The position numbers and the translations under genes are program-made. A DNA stretch of 64,000 nucleotides. It comes from Geopsychrobacteraceae bacterium. GTDB taxonomy: Bacteria > Desulfobacterota > Desulfuromonadia > Desulfuromonadales > Geopsychrobacteraceae. The notes beneath the pieces are model-generated. The model saw nothing but the letters and a program-made list of their open reading frames with translations, ran no database searches and had not been told where the DNA came from. This document shows positions 50,693 through 59,607 of the stretch, piece after piece. Where the stretch lies: NCBI GenBank assembly GCA_963676795.2, contig CAXXTB010000002.1:1088001-1152000 (forward strand). The letters run 5' to 3'. The first letter of the stretch is position 1; every line of letters starts with the position of its first letter.

Positions 50693-51874
50693 TTACAGAC
50701 CGACCTCTTTGGCCAGCTTTTCCCAGACCGGCAAGCTGCGTTCGATGATATCGTCATCGATGCAGTACGCGATACGGAAGTAGCCGGGGGCACCGAAGCC
50801 GCTGCCTGGAACCAGCAGGATCCGGTTTTCCGTCGCTTTCCTGATAAATTCCATCTCATCGGCCAGCGGTGATTTGGGGAAGAGGTAGAATCCGCCGCCC
50901 GGTTTGACGACCTCGAAACCCAGCTCGGTCAGTTTGTTATAGAGCATGTCGCGTTTACGGCGATAGGGTTCGATCGGCACACTGGTGCGCTGCAGGCTGG
51001 TGACCAGCCTTTGCATCAGCGCCGGTGCGTTGACGAAGCCGAGTACGCGGTTGCAGAATATAGCCCCCTGCATGAACAGGTTGACGTCGTTCAACTGCGG
51101 GTTGGCAGCGATGTAGCCGATCCGCTCTCCCGGCAGGGCCAGGTCCTTGGAGTGAGAGGTGACGATAACCGAATTGCTGATGCAGTTGAAGATACAGGGG
51201 ACCTCTTCGCCAAAACTGATCTTGGCATAGGGTTCGTCGGAGATGGCCAGGATGGTGATGCCGAACTCCTGCTCCTTGGCTGCGAGCAATTTGCCCAACT
51301 GCTTCAGGATCGCCTGTGGATAGATCACCCCAGTCGGGTTGTTTGGCGAATTGATGATGATGCCACGGGTCCGTTCGTTGATCGCCGAGGCTATGGCCTC
51401 CAGGTCTGGCTGGAAGTTCTCATCGGTGGTCACTTCGACCGGAATTCCCCCCTGGTTGTCGATGTAGAATTTGTATTCGACAAAGTAGGGGGAGAGAATG
51501 ATAACCTCGTCGCCCGGGTTGAGTAGGGTTTTGAGGACGACATTGAGGGCCGCACCCGCGCCGCAGGTCATAACAATGTGGCTGCCATTGACCGGCAGTC
51601 CGCAGTTCTCGGCAATAGCTTCTGCGACGGCGGTGCGTGTTTCGTCGTAACCGGCGTTGTTCATATAGCGATGCATGCCGGGAATCGGCTGGTCGGCGAT
51701 CCTCTTCAGCTCCTGATGCAGCTCTTCAGGCGGCTCCATGGTCGGGTTGCCCAGGGTGAAATCGAAGACGTTTTCGGCACCGTACTGCTGGCGCAGGGTG
51801 TTCCCCTCTTCGAACATCTTGCGAATCCAGGATGCCTTCTCGATATGGCTTTTGATCTTGTTGGAAATCGGCAT
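50693..51874 (-). CDS. PLP-dependent class I/II (aspartate-type) aminotransferase
   Basis: SWIRKMFEEG, FTLGNP, INSPNNPTG, SDEPY, SHSKDLALPGERIG. Confidence 0.93.
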   Translation of the reverse strand: MPISNKIKSHIEKASWIRKMFEEGNTLRQQYGAENVFDFTLGNPTMEPPEELHQELKRIADQPIPGMHRYMNNAGYDETRTAVAEAIAENCGLPVNGSHIVMTCGAGAALNVVLKTLLNPGDEVIILSPYFVEYKFYIDNQGGIPVEVTTDENFQPDLEAIASAINERTRGIIINSPNNPTGVIYPQAILKQLGKLLAAKEQEFGITILAISDEPYAKISFGEEVPCIFNCISNSVIVTSHSKDLALPGERIGYIAANPQLNDVNLFMQGAIFCNRVLGFVNAPALMQRLVTSLQRTSVPIEPYRRKRDMLYNKLTELGFEVVKPGGGFYLFPKSPLADEMEFIRKATENRILLVPGSGFGAPGYFRIAYCIDDDIIERSLPVWEKLAKEVGL

Positions 51875-52059
51875 TGCTTAGATCCTTCATTTAAGAGATG
51901 AAATTGATTTGAAAATTGCTGAAGTTTAGCCTTCAGTGGCATCCCGGTCAAGTGCGCTTTGCCGATGCTTGACAGTGTTCCGAAATTGATTTTTGTCCTG
52001 CTTTGGGCTACAGTCCTGCACTCACATTTCATTTATACAGACGAAAGCGAAAAAAGGTT

Positions 52060-53163
52060 ATGAGCGAAGACAAGCTGAAAGGGTTGCGTGAACAGATCGA
52101 CCAGATTGACGACAATATCCTCGATCTCCTCAACCGCAGGGCCAGTGTTGTTCTTGAGGTGGGCAAGGCCAAGCATGGACGTTCCGAACAGGCTTTTTAC
52201 GTCCCCAGCCGCGAAAAGGCCATCTACGAGCGGCTCACCGCCCAGAACCCGGGCCCTTTTCCCAACGACGGTGTCTGCAAGGTCTTCCGTGAGATCATTT
52301 CGGCCTCACTGAACATGGAAATGCCGATGAAGGTCGCTTTCCTAGGTCCGCAAGGGACCTTCACCCATATGGCGGCGACCCAGCAGTTTGGTCTGTCTGC
52401 CCAGCTGCTGCCGCTCAAAAGCATTCCGGCGGTCTTTGAGGATGTCGCTCGGGGCAGGAGTCACTACGGCGTGGTTCCGGTCGAGAACTCGACCGAAGGG
52501 GTGGTCAACCACACCCTGGATATGTTCATCGATTCCGATCTGCAGGTGATCGCAGAGATCATGCTGGAGATTTCCCATAATCTGATGTCAAAGAGCGGCC
52601 AGGTGGACAGGATCAGCAAGATCGTCTCCCATCCGCAGCCATTGGCCCAGTGCCGTCATTGGCTGGAAACCAACATGCCGGATACCCCGCAGCTCGACGT
52701 TTCCAGTACGGCTGCAGCAGCTCAGATGGCGGCCGAAGATGACTCGGTTGCCGCGATCGCTAGTGCTGCCGCCCAGGACCTTTACGGGTTGCAGACCGTC
52801 AAGGCGCATATCGAGGACAATCCGAACAACTACACGCGCTTTCTGGTGATCGGCAAAACAACCTCGAACAAGAGTGGTGCGGACAAGACATCGATCATGT
52901 TCAGTATCAAGGATGAGCCGGGGATCCTCTATCGCATGCTGGAGCCGTTCAGCGCTCGCCGGATCAATCTGTCCAAGATCGAAAGCCGGCCGATGAAGCA
53001 GCGTGCCTGGGAATACATCTTCTTTCTCGACATGATCGGTCATATTGATGATGTGGATATTACAGAGGCCATCGAAGAATTGCGCCCTCATTGTCACTTT
53101 CTCAAGGTCCTGGGCTCCTACCCGATTGCCAGAAAAGGGGTCCGTGAGGGAGGGCAGAGCTGA
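52060..53163 (+). CDS. pheA: Chorismate mutase/prephenate dehydratase
   Basis: LREQIDQID CM domain, LGPQGTF, PVENSTEG, NYTRF, IESRP. Confidence 0.97.
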   Translation: MSEDKLKGLREQIDQIDDNILDLLNRRASVVLEVGKAKHGRSEQAFYVPSREKAIYERLTAQNPGPFPNDGVCKVFREIISASLNMEMPMKVAFLGPQGTFTHMAATQQFGLSAQLLPLKSIPAVFEDVARGRSHYGVVPVENSTEGVVNHTLDMFIDSDLQVIAEIMLEISHNLMSKSGQVDRISKIVSHPQPLAQCRHWLETNMPDTPQLDVSSTAAAAQMAAEDDSVAAIASAAAQDLYGLQTVKAHIEDNPNNYTRFLVIGKTTSNKSGADKTSIMFSIKDEPGILYRMLEPFSARRINLSKIESRPMKQRAWEYIFFLDMIGHIDDVDITEAIEELRPHCHFLKVLGSYPIARKGVREGGQS

Positions 53164-54032
53164 TGGATAATCAACCCCTTATCCCGCACCTGACGGTTAT
53201 CGGTGTCGGGCTGATCGGCGGTTCTTTGAGCCTGGCGCTCAAGGCTGCGGGTGCGGTCGGCCGGGTTACCGGCTGCGGACGCGGCAAGCCGAATCTGGAA
53301 AAGGCCCTGGAGCTCGGTGTCGTCGATGCGTTCGAGCAGGATCCCGTCGTCGCTGTCGCCGGTGCCGATGTCGTTTTTCTGGCGACTCCGGTCAAGAGTA
53401 TGGCCGATGTCGTCAGGCAGATCCTGCCCGGTCTCAAGCCTGGAGCTATCATTACTGATGGCGGCAGTGTCAAGGAAGAAGTCGCGCTGCAGATAGAACC
53501 ACTGCTGCCGGAAGGGATTCATTTCGTTCCGGGACACCCGATTTCCGGTACCGAGAAGAGCGGTGCCGATGCTGCCTTTGCGACCCTGTATAGAAACAAG
53601 CGCTGCATCCTGACGCCGACGGAGAAGACCGATGCTCAGGCTGTTGAGCTGGTGACCGCAATGTGGCAGCAGGCGGGCAGCGAGGTGATCAGTATGTCGC
53701 TGAAAAAACATGACCGGATTCTGGCTGCGATCAGTCACCTGCCGCACATGGTGGCCTATGTCCTGGTCAATGCTGTCGGTTCTTACGACCATTTCGAGGA
53801 AAATATCCTGGAGTATTCTGCCGGTGGGTTCCGTGATTTCACCCGGATTGCATCGTCTGATCCGACCATGTGGCGCGACATTGCCGAGACCAACCGCGAT
53901 GCGCTGCTCGAGATGATGGAGCAGTTCGAGATGTTTTTTGCCGAACTCAAGGCGGATATCGCCGCAGGGCAGGGGGAGAAGCTGTTTGAGTTCTTCTTCC
54001 GTTCCAAGCAACTGCGCGACGCCATTCTATAG
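53163..54032 (+). CDS. tyrA: Prephenate/arogenate dehydrogenase
   Basis: GVGLIGGS, TDGGSVK, GHPISGTEKSG, HD...SHLPH, GGFRDFTRIA. Confidence 0.95.
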   Translation: MDNQPLIPHLTVIGVGLIGGSLSLALKAAGAVGRVTGCGRGKPNLEKALELGVVDAFEQDPVVAVAGADVVFLATPVKSMADVVRQILPGLKPGAIITDGGSVKEEVALQIEPLLPEGIHFVPGHPISGTEKSGADAAFATLYRNKRCILTPTEKTDAQAVELVTAMWQQAGSEVISMSLKKHDRILAAISHLPHMVAYVLVNAVGSYDHFEENILEYSAGGFRDFTRIASSDPTMWRDIAETNRDALLEMMEQFEMFFAELKADIAAGQGEKLFEFFFRSKQLRDAIL

Positions 54033-54173
54033 TTTTCAGCCGGAAACGGCCCTTTTCCGCTGTGGCGGTGTCAATCTGCGGGGTTGATTGTGTGGCGTAA
54101 AGCACTACGCCTCCGCACAACCCCTTGATCTCCTAGCCACAACGAAAAATCGCTCGTTTCCAATCTGAAAACT
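54031..54173. repeat. 143-nt MITE-like nested palindromic element between tyrA and aroA
   Basis: Terminal inverted repeats AGTTTTCAG/CTGAAAACT, inner pairs GGAAACG/CGTTTCC, TGTGGC/GCCACA, GGGGTTG/CAACCCC and apex GGCGTA-aagcac-TACGCC. Confidence 0.75.
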
Positions 54174-54221
54174 TACTGGTTCTACTTGTAGGTTTAACTT
54201 TTAGGATAAAAAGGAAGATAT

Positions 54222-55520
54222 ATGCACCCAAGTCAGACAAGATGCGTTGCACCGGCATCCAGGCTTTCAGGCGAGGTCGCCGTTCCAGGAGACAAGTCGA
54301 TCTCACACCGTTCGATCATGTTCGCCTCTTTAGCTGAAGGGACAACCCGGGTCACTGGCCTGCTGCGCGGCGAGGACTGTCTGTCGACCCTCAAAGCCTT
54401 TCAGCAGCTCGGTATCCAGGTCGAGGATAAGAGCGCTGATGAGCTGATTATTCATGGCCGTGGTCTTGACGGTCTGCAGGAAGCGGGCGATGTGATCGAT
54501 TGCGGCAACTCGGGAACGACCATGCGCCTGATGAGCGGGATTCTTTCCGCCCAACCGTTCTTCTCGGTGCTGACCGGTGACCAGTACCTGCGCAGGCGGC
54601 CGATGGCGCGGATTATCAAACCGCTCGGAACCATGGGCGCGAAGATCCTCGGTCGCGAGCAGAATACCAAGGCGCCCCTGGCGATTATCGGTGGCAATCT
54701 GATCCCAACGACCTATGACTCGCCGATCTCAAGTGCTCAGGTCAAGTCGGCGGTGCTGCTCGCCGGCATGCAGATCGACGCTGAGACGACCGTGACCGAA
54801 CCTTTTCTCTCCCGCGATCACAGCGAGCGGATGTTGCGCTATTTCGGCGCCGAGATCGAATCCTTCGACGGCGGAGCGCGGGTCAAGGGGCGGGTTCGGC
54901 TGCAGGGGCGTGATGTCAGTGTGCCGGGCGATATCTCTTCGGCAGCCTTTTACCTGGTGGCTGGTCTCATCGTCCCGAATACTGAGCTGATGTTGCTCAA
55001 CGTCGGAGTCAATCCGACCCGCAGCGGGATTATTGATATCCTGCTGCAAATGGGTGGTCAGATTGAACTCTGCAACCCGCGCGAGGTTTCCGGTGAGCCG
55101 GTTGCCGATCTGCTGGTCAAGAGCAGTCAACTCAAAGGGATCGATATCGCCGGAGAACTGATTCCACGGGCAATCGATGAAATGCCGGTCGTCAGCGTGG
55201 CTGCCGTCTTCGCCGATGGGGTCACAACCATCCGCGAAGCGGAGGAGTTGAGGGTCAAGGAGACCGATCGCATCGCCGCCATGTGCGATGTCCTCAGCAA
55301 GGTTGGCGCCAAAATCGAACCCCGTGACGACGGGATGGTCATTACCGGGACCGGCCGTTTGAGTGGCGGCAAGGTCGATTCATTCGGTGATCACCGGATC
55401 GCCATGAGCATGGCTGTTGCGGCACTGGCAGCCGACGGCGAGATCGAGATCAGCGATACCGCCTGTACTGAAACATCATTCCCCGGTTTCTGGGGACTGC
55501 TCGAATCGATCCGGGGTTGA
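54222..55520 (+). CDS. aroA: 3-phosphoshikimate 1-carboxyvinyltransferase (class II)
   Basis: PGDKSISHR, GNSGTTMRL, SAQVKSA, RDHSE, ELRVKETDRI, GDHRIAM. Confidence 0.98.
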   Translation: MHPSQTRCVAPASRLSGEVAVPGDKSISHRSIMFASLAEGTTRVTGLLRGEDCLSTLKAFQQLGIQVEDKSADELIIHGRGLDGLQEAGDVIDCGNSGTTMRLMSGILSAQPFFSVLTGDQYLRRRPMARIIKPLGTMGAKILGREQNTKAPLAIIGGNLIPTTYDSPISSAQVKSAVLLAGMQIDAETTVTEPFLSRDHSERMLRYFGAEIESFDGGARVKGRVRLQGRDVSVPGDISSAAFYLVAGLIVPNTELMLLNVGVNPTRSGIIDILLQMGGQIELCNPREVSGEPVADLLVKSSQLKGIDIAGELIPRAIDEMPVVSVAAVFADGVTTIREAEELRVKETDRIAAMCDVLSKVGAKIEPRDDGMVITGTGRLSGGKVDSFGDHRIAMSMAVAALAADGEIEISDTACTETSFPGFWGLLESIRG

Positions 55521-55521
55521 T

Positions 55522-56199
55522 GTGAAAAAGCGTCTGATTGTTGCTATCGACGGTCCATCCGGTGCCGGTAAAAGTACCCTGAGCAAGGCGTTGGCCAGGG
55601 AGCTCGGCTACATCAATCTCGATACCGGAGCGATGTACCGTTCTGTCGCCCTGCAGGCAAAGCTTGCCGGGGTCGATGTCACCGATCAGGATAGACTGGG
55701 GGCTCTGGCGCGTGCGGTGACGATCTCTTTCGTCAAGGATGGCGAAAGGGAACGCGTTCTGGTCAACGGGGAGGATGTCAGCGAGGCAATTCGAACTCCC
55801 GAGGTCAGCCTGCTGACCGCCAGGGTTGCCGCCAGTCCAGCGGTCCGCGAGGCAATGGTGGCCCAGCAGCGGTGCATGGGGGAGCAGGGCGGCGTCGTTC
55901 TCGAGGGGCGCGACATCGGGACCGTTGTTTTTCCCCAGGCCGAGGCGAAGTTCTTTCTGTCGGCTTCAGCAGCCGAACGGGGTCGGCGCCGTTATGAGGA
56001 GCTCAAGGCCAAAGGGGCGAATGTTGATCTGGACCGGACCATCGCTGAGGTTGAGGCCCGTGATGCCGCAGATACGGCCCGTGAACATTCGCCACTTATG
56101 CAGGCCGACGATGCCCTGGCTATAGACACGACGAGCATGTCAATCGACGAGGTTCTCGACACAATGTTAAAGACCATCCGGTCGCTCGAGGAAGAATAA
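55522..56199 (+). CDS. cmk: Cytidylate kinase (GTG start)
   Basis: AIDGPSGAGKST, DTGAMYR, EGRDIGTVVFP. Confidence 0.97.
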   Translation: MKKRLIVAIDGPSGAGKSTLSKALARELGYINLDTGAMYRSVALQAKLAGVDVTDQDRLGALARAVTISFVKDGERERVLVNGEDVSEAIRTPEVSLLTARVAASPAVREAMVAQQRCMGEQGGVVLEGRDIGTVVFPQAEAKFFLSASAAERGRRRYEELKAKGANVDLDRTIAEVEARDAADTAREHSPLMQADDALAIDTTSMSIDEVLDTMLKTIRSLEEE

Positions 56200-56309
56200 C
56201 TCCCTGAAAAATAGTTTTGTTTTTTCGCGGATGCTGTGCTATCTTGCGCGTCTCTACGCGAGTCCGCCGCCGCCAGGCGCCGGGAAATTCTTAAGGGGGT
56301 ATCATCCCA

Positions 56310-58028
56310 ATGGTTGAAGAGAAAGACATGTTTGACGAAAACGAAATGGAACTACTTGACGGCGAGGAAAGCTTTGAGGAGCTTCTCAAGGATTACGAGC
56401 AGGGCGGCTTCGAACTGAAGCGCAATGACGTCGTCGAGGGCACAATTGTTCAGGTTAACCCTGATTCGGTTGTTGTCGATGTCGGTTACAAATCGGAAGG
56501 TGTGATTCCGATTCGCGAGTTCGCCGACGAAAACGGTGAAATCAACGTCAAGGTCGGTGACGTTTACGACGTTCTGTTCGGTGGCGGTGAAAGCGATAGC
56601 GGTCTGATCGTCCTGTCCAAGGAAAAAGCAGATCGTCAGAAAATCTGGAACTCTCTGGAAGAGGGTGCGGTCGTTGAAGGTCGTATCGTCAGCCGGATTA
56701 AAGGTGGCCTGTCAGTTGATATCGGCGTTAACGCCTTCCTGCCAGGCTCCCAGGTCGATCTTCGCCCTGTCCGTAACCTGGACAAGGTCATTGGCCAGTC
56801 TTTTGATTTCAAGATCATCAAGCTCAACAAGCGTCGTGGCAACATCGTTCTGTCCCGCCGTGTTCTGCTTGAAAAAGAGCGTGAGTCTCAGCGTGGCGAA
56901 ACTCTCAAAACCCTGGAAGAAAATCAGGTTGTCGAAGGCATCGTCAAGAACCTCACCGATTACGGCGCATTTATTGACCTCGGCGGTATCGACGGTCTGC
57001 TCCACATCACCGACATGTCCTGGGGCCGCGTCAAGCACCCATCCGATATCCTGGCCGTTGGCGACAAGATCAACGTCAAGGTTCTCAAGTTCGACAAGGA
57101 CAAAGAACGTGTTTCTCTGGGTCTCAAGCAGATCGCTCCTGATCCATGGCTCGACGTGACCGCCAAGTACCCGATCGGTGCCAAGGTTGTCGGCAAGGTT
57201 GTCAGCCTGACCGATTACGGTGCATTTATCGAGCTGGAAGAGGGTGTCGAAGGCCTGATCCACGTTTCCGAAATGAGCTGGACCAAGCGCGTCAAGCATC
57301 CGAACAAGGTTCTCAATATCGGTGACGATATCGAGTCCGTTGTGCTGGCTCTCGACTCTGAAAACCGTCGTATCTCCCTGGGCCTCAAGCAGATTGAGCC
57401 GAACCCATGGGACATTATCGGCGAGAAATTCCCGATCGGTACCATCATCGAAGGCCAGGTCAAGAACATCACTGACTTCGGTATCTTCGTCGGTGTTGAC
57501 GAAGGGATCGACGGTCTGGTTCACATCTCTGACCTGTCCTGGACCAAGCGCATCAAGCATCCTTCCGAAATATACAAGAAGGGTGACCTGGTCAAGGCCG
57601 TTGTTCTGAACATTGACCGTGAGAACGAGCGTTTCTCTCTCGGCCTCAAGCAGCTCAACCTGGATCCATGGGAGACTGTGCCTGTCCGTTATACCCGTGG
57701 CACCATTGTCAGCGGTAACGTGACTTCGGTCACCGATTTCGGTATCTTCATCGAGCTGGAAGAGGGTATTGAAGGTCTGATCCACGTTTCCGAACTGAGC
57801 AAAGAAAAAATCGACAGCCCGAAAGATTTCGCCAAGGTTGGTGACACTCTGGAAGCTGCCGTTCTTCAGGTTGATACCGTTGATCGCAAGATCGCTCTGT
57901 CCGTCAAGAACCTTGACGAGCAGAAAGAAAAAGCTGAAGTCAACGAATTCATGGGCGCTGGCAAGAACGCAACGTCCAACCTGGGCGACCTGCTGAAAGG
58001 CGCGCTCGACAGCAAGTCTGAAGACTAA
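56310..58028 (+). CDS. rpsA: 30S ribosomal protein S1
   Basis: Six S1 repeats (DVGYKSEG, AFLPGSQVD, DYGAFIDLGGIDGLLH, etc.). Confidence 0.98.
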   Translation: MVEEKDMFDENEMELLDGEESFEELLKDYEQGGFELKRNDVVEGTIVQVNPDSVVVDVGYKSEGVIPIREFADENGEINVKVGDVYDVLFGGGESDSGLIVLSKEKADRQKIWNSLEEGAVVEGRIVSRIKGGLSVDIGVNAFLPGSQVDLRPVRNLDKVIGQSFDFKIIKLNKRRGNIVLSRRVLLEKERESQRGETLKTLEENQVVEGIVKNLTDYGAFIDLGGIDGLLHITDMSWGRVKHPSDILAVGDKINVKVLKFDKDKERVSLGLKQIAPDPWLDVTAKYPIGAKVVGKVVSLTDYGAFIELEEGVEGLIHVSEMSWTKRVKHPNKVLNIGDDIESVVLALDSENRRISLGLKQIEPNPWDIIGEKFPIGTIIEGQVKNITDFGIFVGVDEGIDGLVHISDLSWTKRIKHPSEIYKKGDLVKAVVLNIDRENERFSLGLKQLNLDPWETVPVRYTRGTIVSGNVTSVTDFGIFIELEEGIEGLIHVSELSKEKIDSPKDFAKVGDTLEAAVLQVDTVDRKIALSVKNLDEQKEKAEVNEFMGAGKNATSNLGDLLKGALDSKSED

Positions 58029-58087
58029 GTTACAATGCATATCCAACGGGACCCCGGTTTTTACCGGGGTCCTGATCAATTGTTGAG

Positions 58088-58972
58088 ATGAAAAAACGAC
58101 CTTTTTTAGTGGCGGCCTGTGCCGTTGGCGGCGTTTTTGTTTTTTTTCTGCTGGTCATTCTGGCCGCAGGGATGCTCCGCCAAGGCAGCTTTCATGTACC
58201 TGCTGGTGCCAGGATCGGCATTATCAAAGTTCGTGGAACTATCACCGACTCGGAGCTCCTGCTCCAGCAGATTGACCAATTCAGAAAACAGAAAACCGTC
58301 AAGGCTGTCATCTTGCGTGTCGATTCTCCCGGTGGCGGGGTTGGCCCCTCTCAGGAGATTTATGAGGAGCTCAAACGACTGGCTGCCGAAAAACCTCTCG
58401 TCGTCTCGATGGGTTCGGTTGCTGCATCGGGTGGCTATTATATCGCTGTAGCTGCACAGCGTATCTTCGCCAATCCCGGGACGATTACCGGCAGTATCGG
58501 TGTTATCATGTCTTTTCCTGATTATCAGGAATTGATGGGTAAGGTCGGTGTCAAAACGGAAGTGGTAAAAAGCGGTCGTTTCAAGGATATTGGCTCATCG
58601 ACCCGAGATTTTACAGTTGAAGATCGTGCATTGCTGCAGGGGTTGATCGACGATGTCCATCTTCAGTTTATCGAAGCTGTAAGCGCGGGGCGCAAGCTAC
58701 CGGTCGAGCAATTGCTGCCGCTCGTCGACGGACGTATTTTTACCGGGCGCCAGGCCCTGGAAGAGGGGCTGATTGATGAATTGGGCTCACTGCCGGATGC
58801 TGTGCGGTATACTGCTCAGTTGATCGGTGCCGGTGACGATCCGGAGCTGCTTTATCCGGACGAACAACCGACGGGGCTGTGGGAGCGTTATCTGAATTCT
58901 GCGGTAACGCGGCTTGGCTTTGACCTGAAACTGAATTCTCCGGTTGGCCCTCAGTTTATCTGGAGCCGATAA
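58088..58972 (+). CDS. sppA: Signal peptide peptidase SppA (36K type)
   Basis: LRVDSPGG, AASGGYYIA, TGSIGVI, KSGRFKD, GRIFTG. Confidence 0.94.
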   Translation: MKKRPFLVAACAVGGVFVFFLLVILAAGMLRQGSFHVPAGARIGIIKVRGTITDSELLLQQIDQFRKQKTVKAVILRVDSPGGGVGPSQEIYEELKRLAAEKPLVVSMGSVAASGGYYIAVAAQRIFANPGTITGSIGVIMSFPDYQELMGKVGVKTEVVKSGRFKDIGSSTRDFTVEDRALLQGLIDDVHLQFIEAVSAGRKLPVEQLLPLVDGRIFTGRQALEEGLIDELGSLPDAVRYTAQLIGAGDDPELLYPDEQPTGLWERYLNSAVTRLGFDLKLNSPVGPQFIWSR

Positions 58973-59017
58973 ATCCGATTTGATGTAATAACTTTTTGAG
59001 AAACATGGATGGGAATA

Positions 59018-59296
59018 ATGACTAAAAGCGAATTGATTGAAAAACTTTCTGATGGTCATGAACTTCTGAATAAGAAAGAAGCAGAAACGGTCGTTAATCT
59101 GATTTTTGGCGGTATCGAGCAGGCTCTTTCCACGGGTGATCGCGTCGAGATTCGTGGTTTCGGTTCCTTCTCGGTCAGAGAGCGGGAAGCGCGAGAAGCC
59201 CGCAATCCCAAAAGTGGAGAGCTGGTCAAGATTCCCTGCAGAAAGACTCCTTTTTTCAAGACGGGCAAGGAGTTGCGTGAGAGGGTTGACGAGTAG
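59018..59296 (+). CDS. ihfB: Integration host factor beta subunit
   Basis: MTKSELIE, RVEIRGFGSF, RNPKSGE, PFFKTGKELRERV; follows rpsA-sppA. Confidence 0.93.
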   Translation: MTKSELIEKLSDGHELLNKKEAETVVNLIFGGIEQALSTGDRVEIRGFGSFSVREREAREARNPKSGELVKIPCRKTPFFKTGKELRERVDE

Positions 59297-59308
59297 CTAA
59301 AGGATATT

Positions 59309-59338
59309 AAAAAGGCCCTGTGAAGCAGGGCCTTTTTT
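59309..59338. terminator. Bidirectional terminator shared by ihfB and the putative minus-strand ncRNA
   Basis: AAAAAGGCCCTG-tgaag-CAGGGCCTTTTTT. Confidence 0.9.
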
Positions 59339-59346
59339 GATTGATC

Positions 59347-59531
59347 TCCAGGATGCCGGACTAACTCTGTTCGTCTGACCTTAGCTGTACGCTTAAGTCA
59401 CGGATGATGTTTCAGGCGTCCTGCTCATGGGCAGGCTGGCACACCACATCACCACTGAAATGACAGGCCAAAAGGAACGTTGGTCACGAGACCAGAATTA
59501 ATCCGTGCACCCCAGATAACCGGACTCTAGT
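59347..59531 (-). ncRNA. Putative structured non-coding RNA (long irregular hairpin with internal bubbles), family unassigned
   Basis: Minus-strand pairings 59516-59507/59356-59347 and 59505-59493/59369-59357 contain several G-U pairs that would be A-C mismatches on the plus strand; own promoter upstream and terminator downstream; no ORF in the supplied track. Confidence 0.65.
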
Positions 59532-59537
59532 ATGTCT

Positions 59538-59565
59538 ATGCTACCAATTTACCGGCTTTTTTCAA
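59538..59565 (-). promoter_or_regulatory. Sigma70-like promoter for the putative ncRNA
   Basis: Minus strand TTGAAA-16 bp-TAGCAT with an extended -10 TG. Confidence 0.55.
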
Positions 59566-59607
59566 TCTTCTAAAAAATTATGAATAGTGTTACTATAGCG
59601 CGTTTTT

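Noticed and set aside
56310..58028. Internal direct repeats in rpsA (for example GGTCTGATCCACGTTTCCGAA variants)
   Set aside because: Explained by the tandem S1 domains of ribosomal protein S1.
58048..58073. Hairpin after rpsA as an intrinsic terminator
   Set aside because: Good stem but no T tract; more likely a stabilising or processing hairpin within rpsA-sppA-ihfB.
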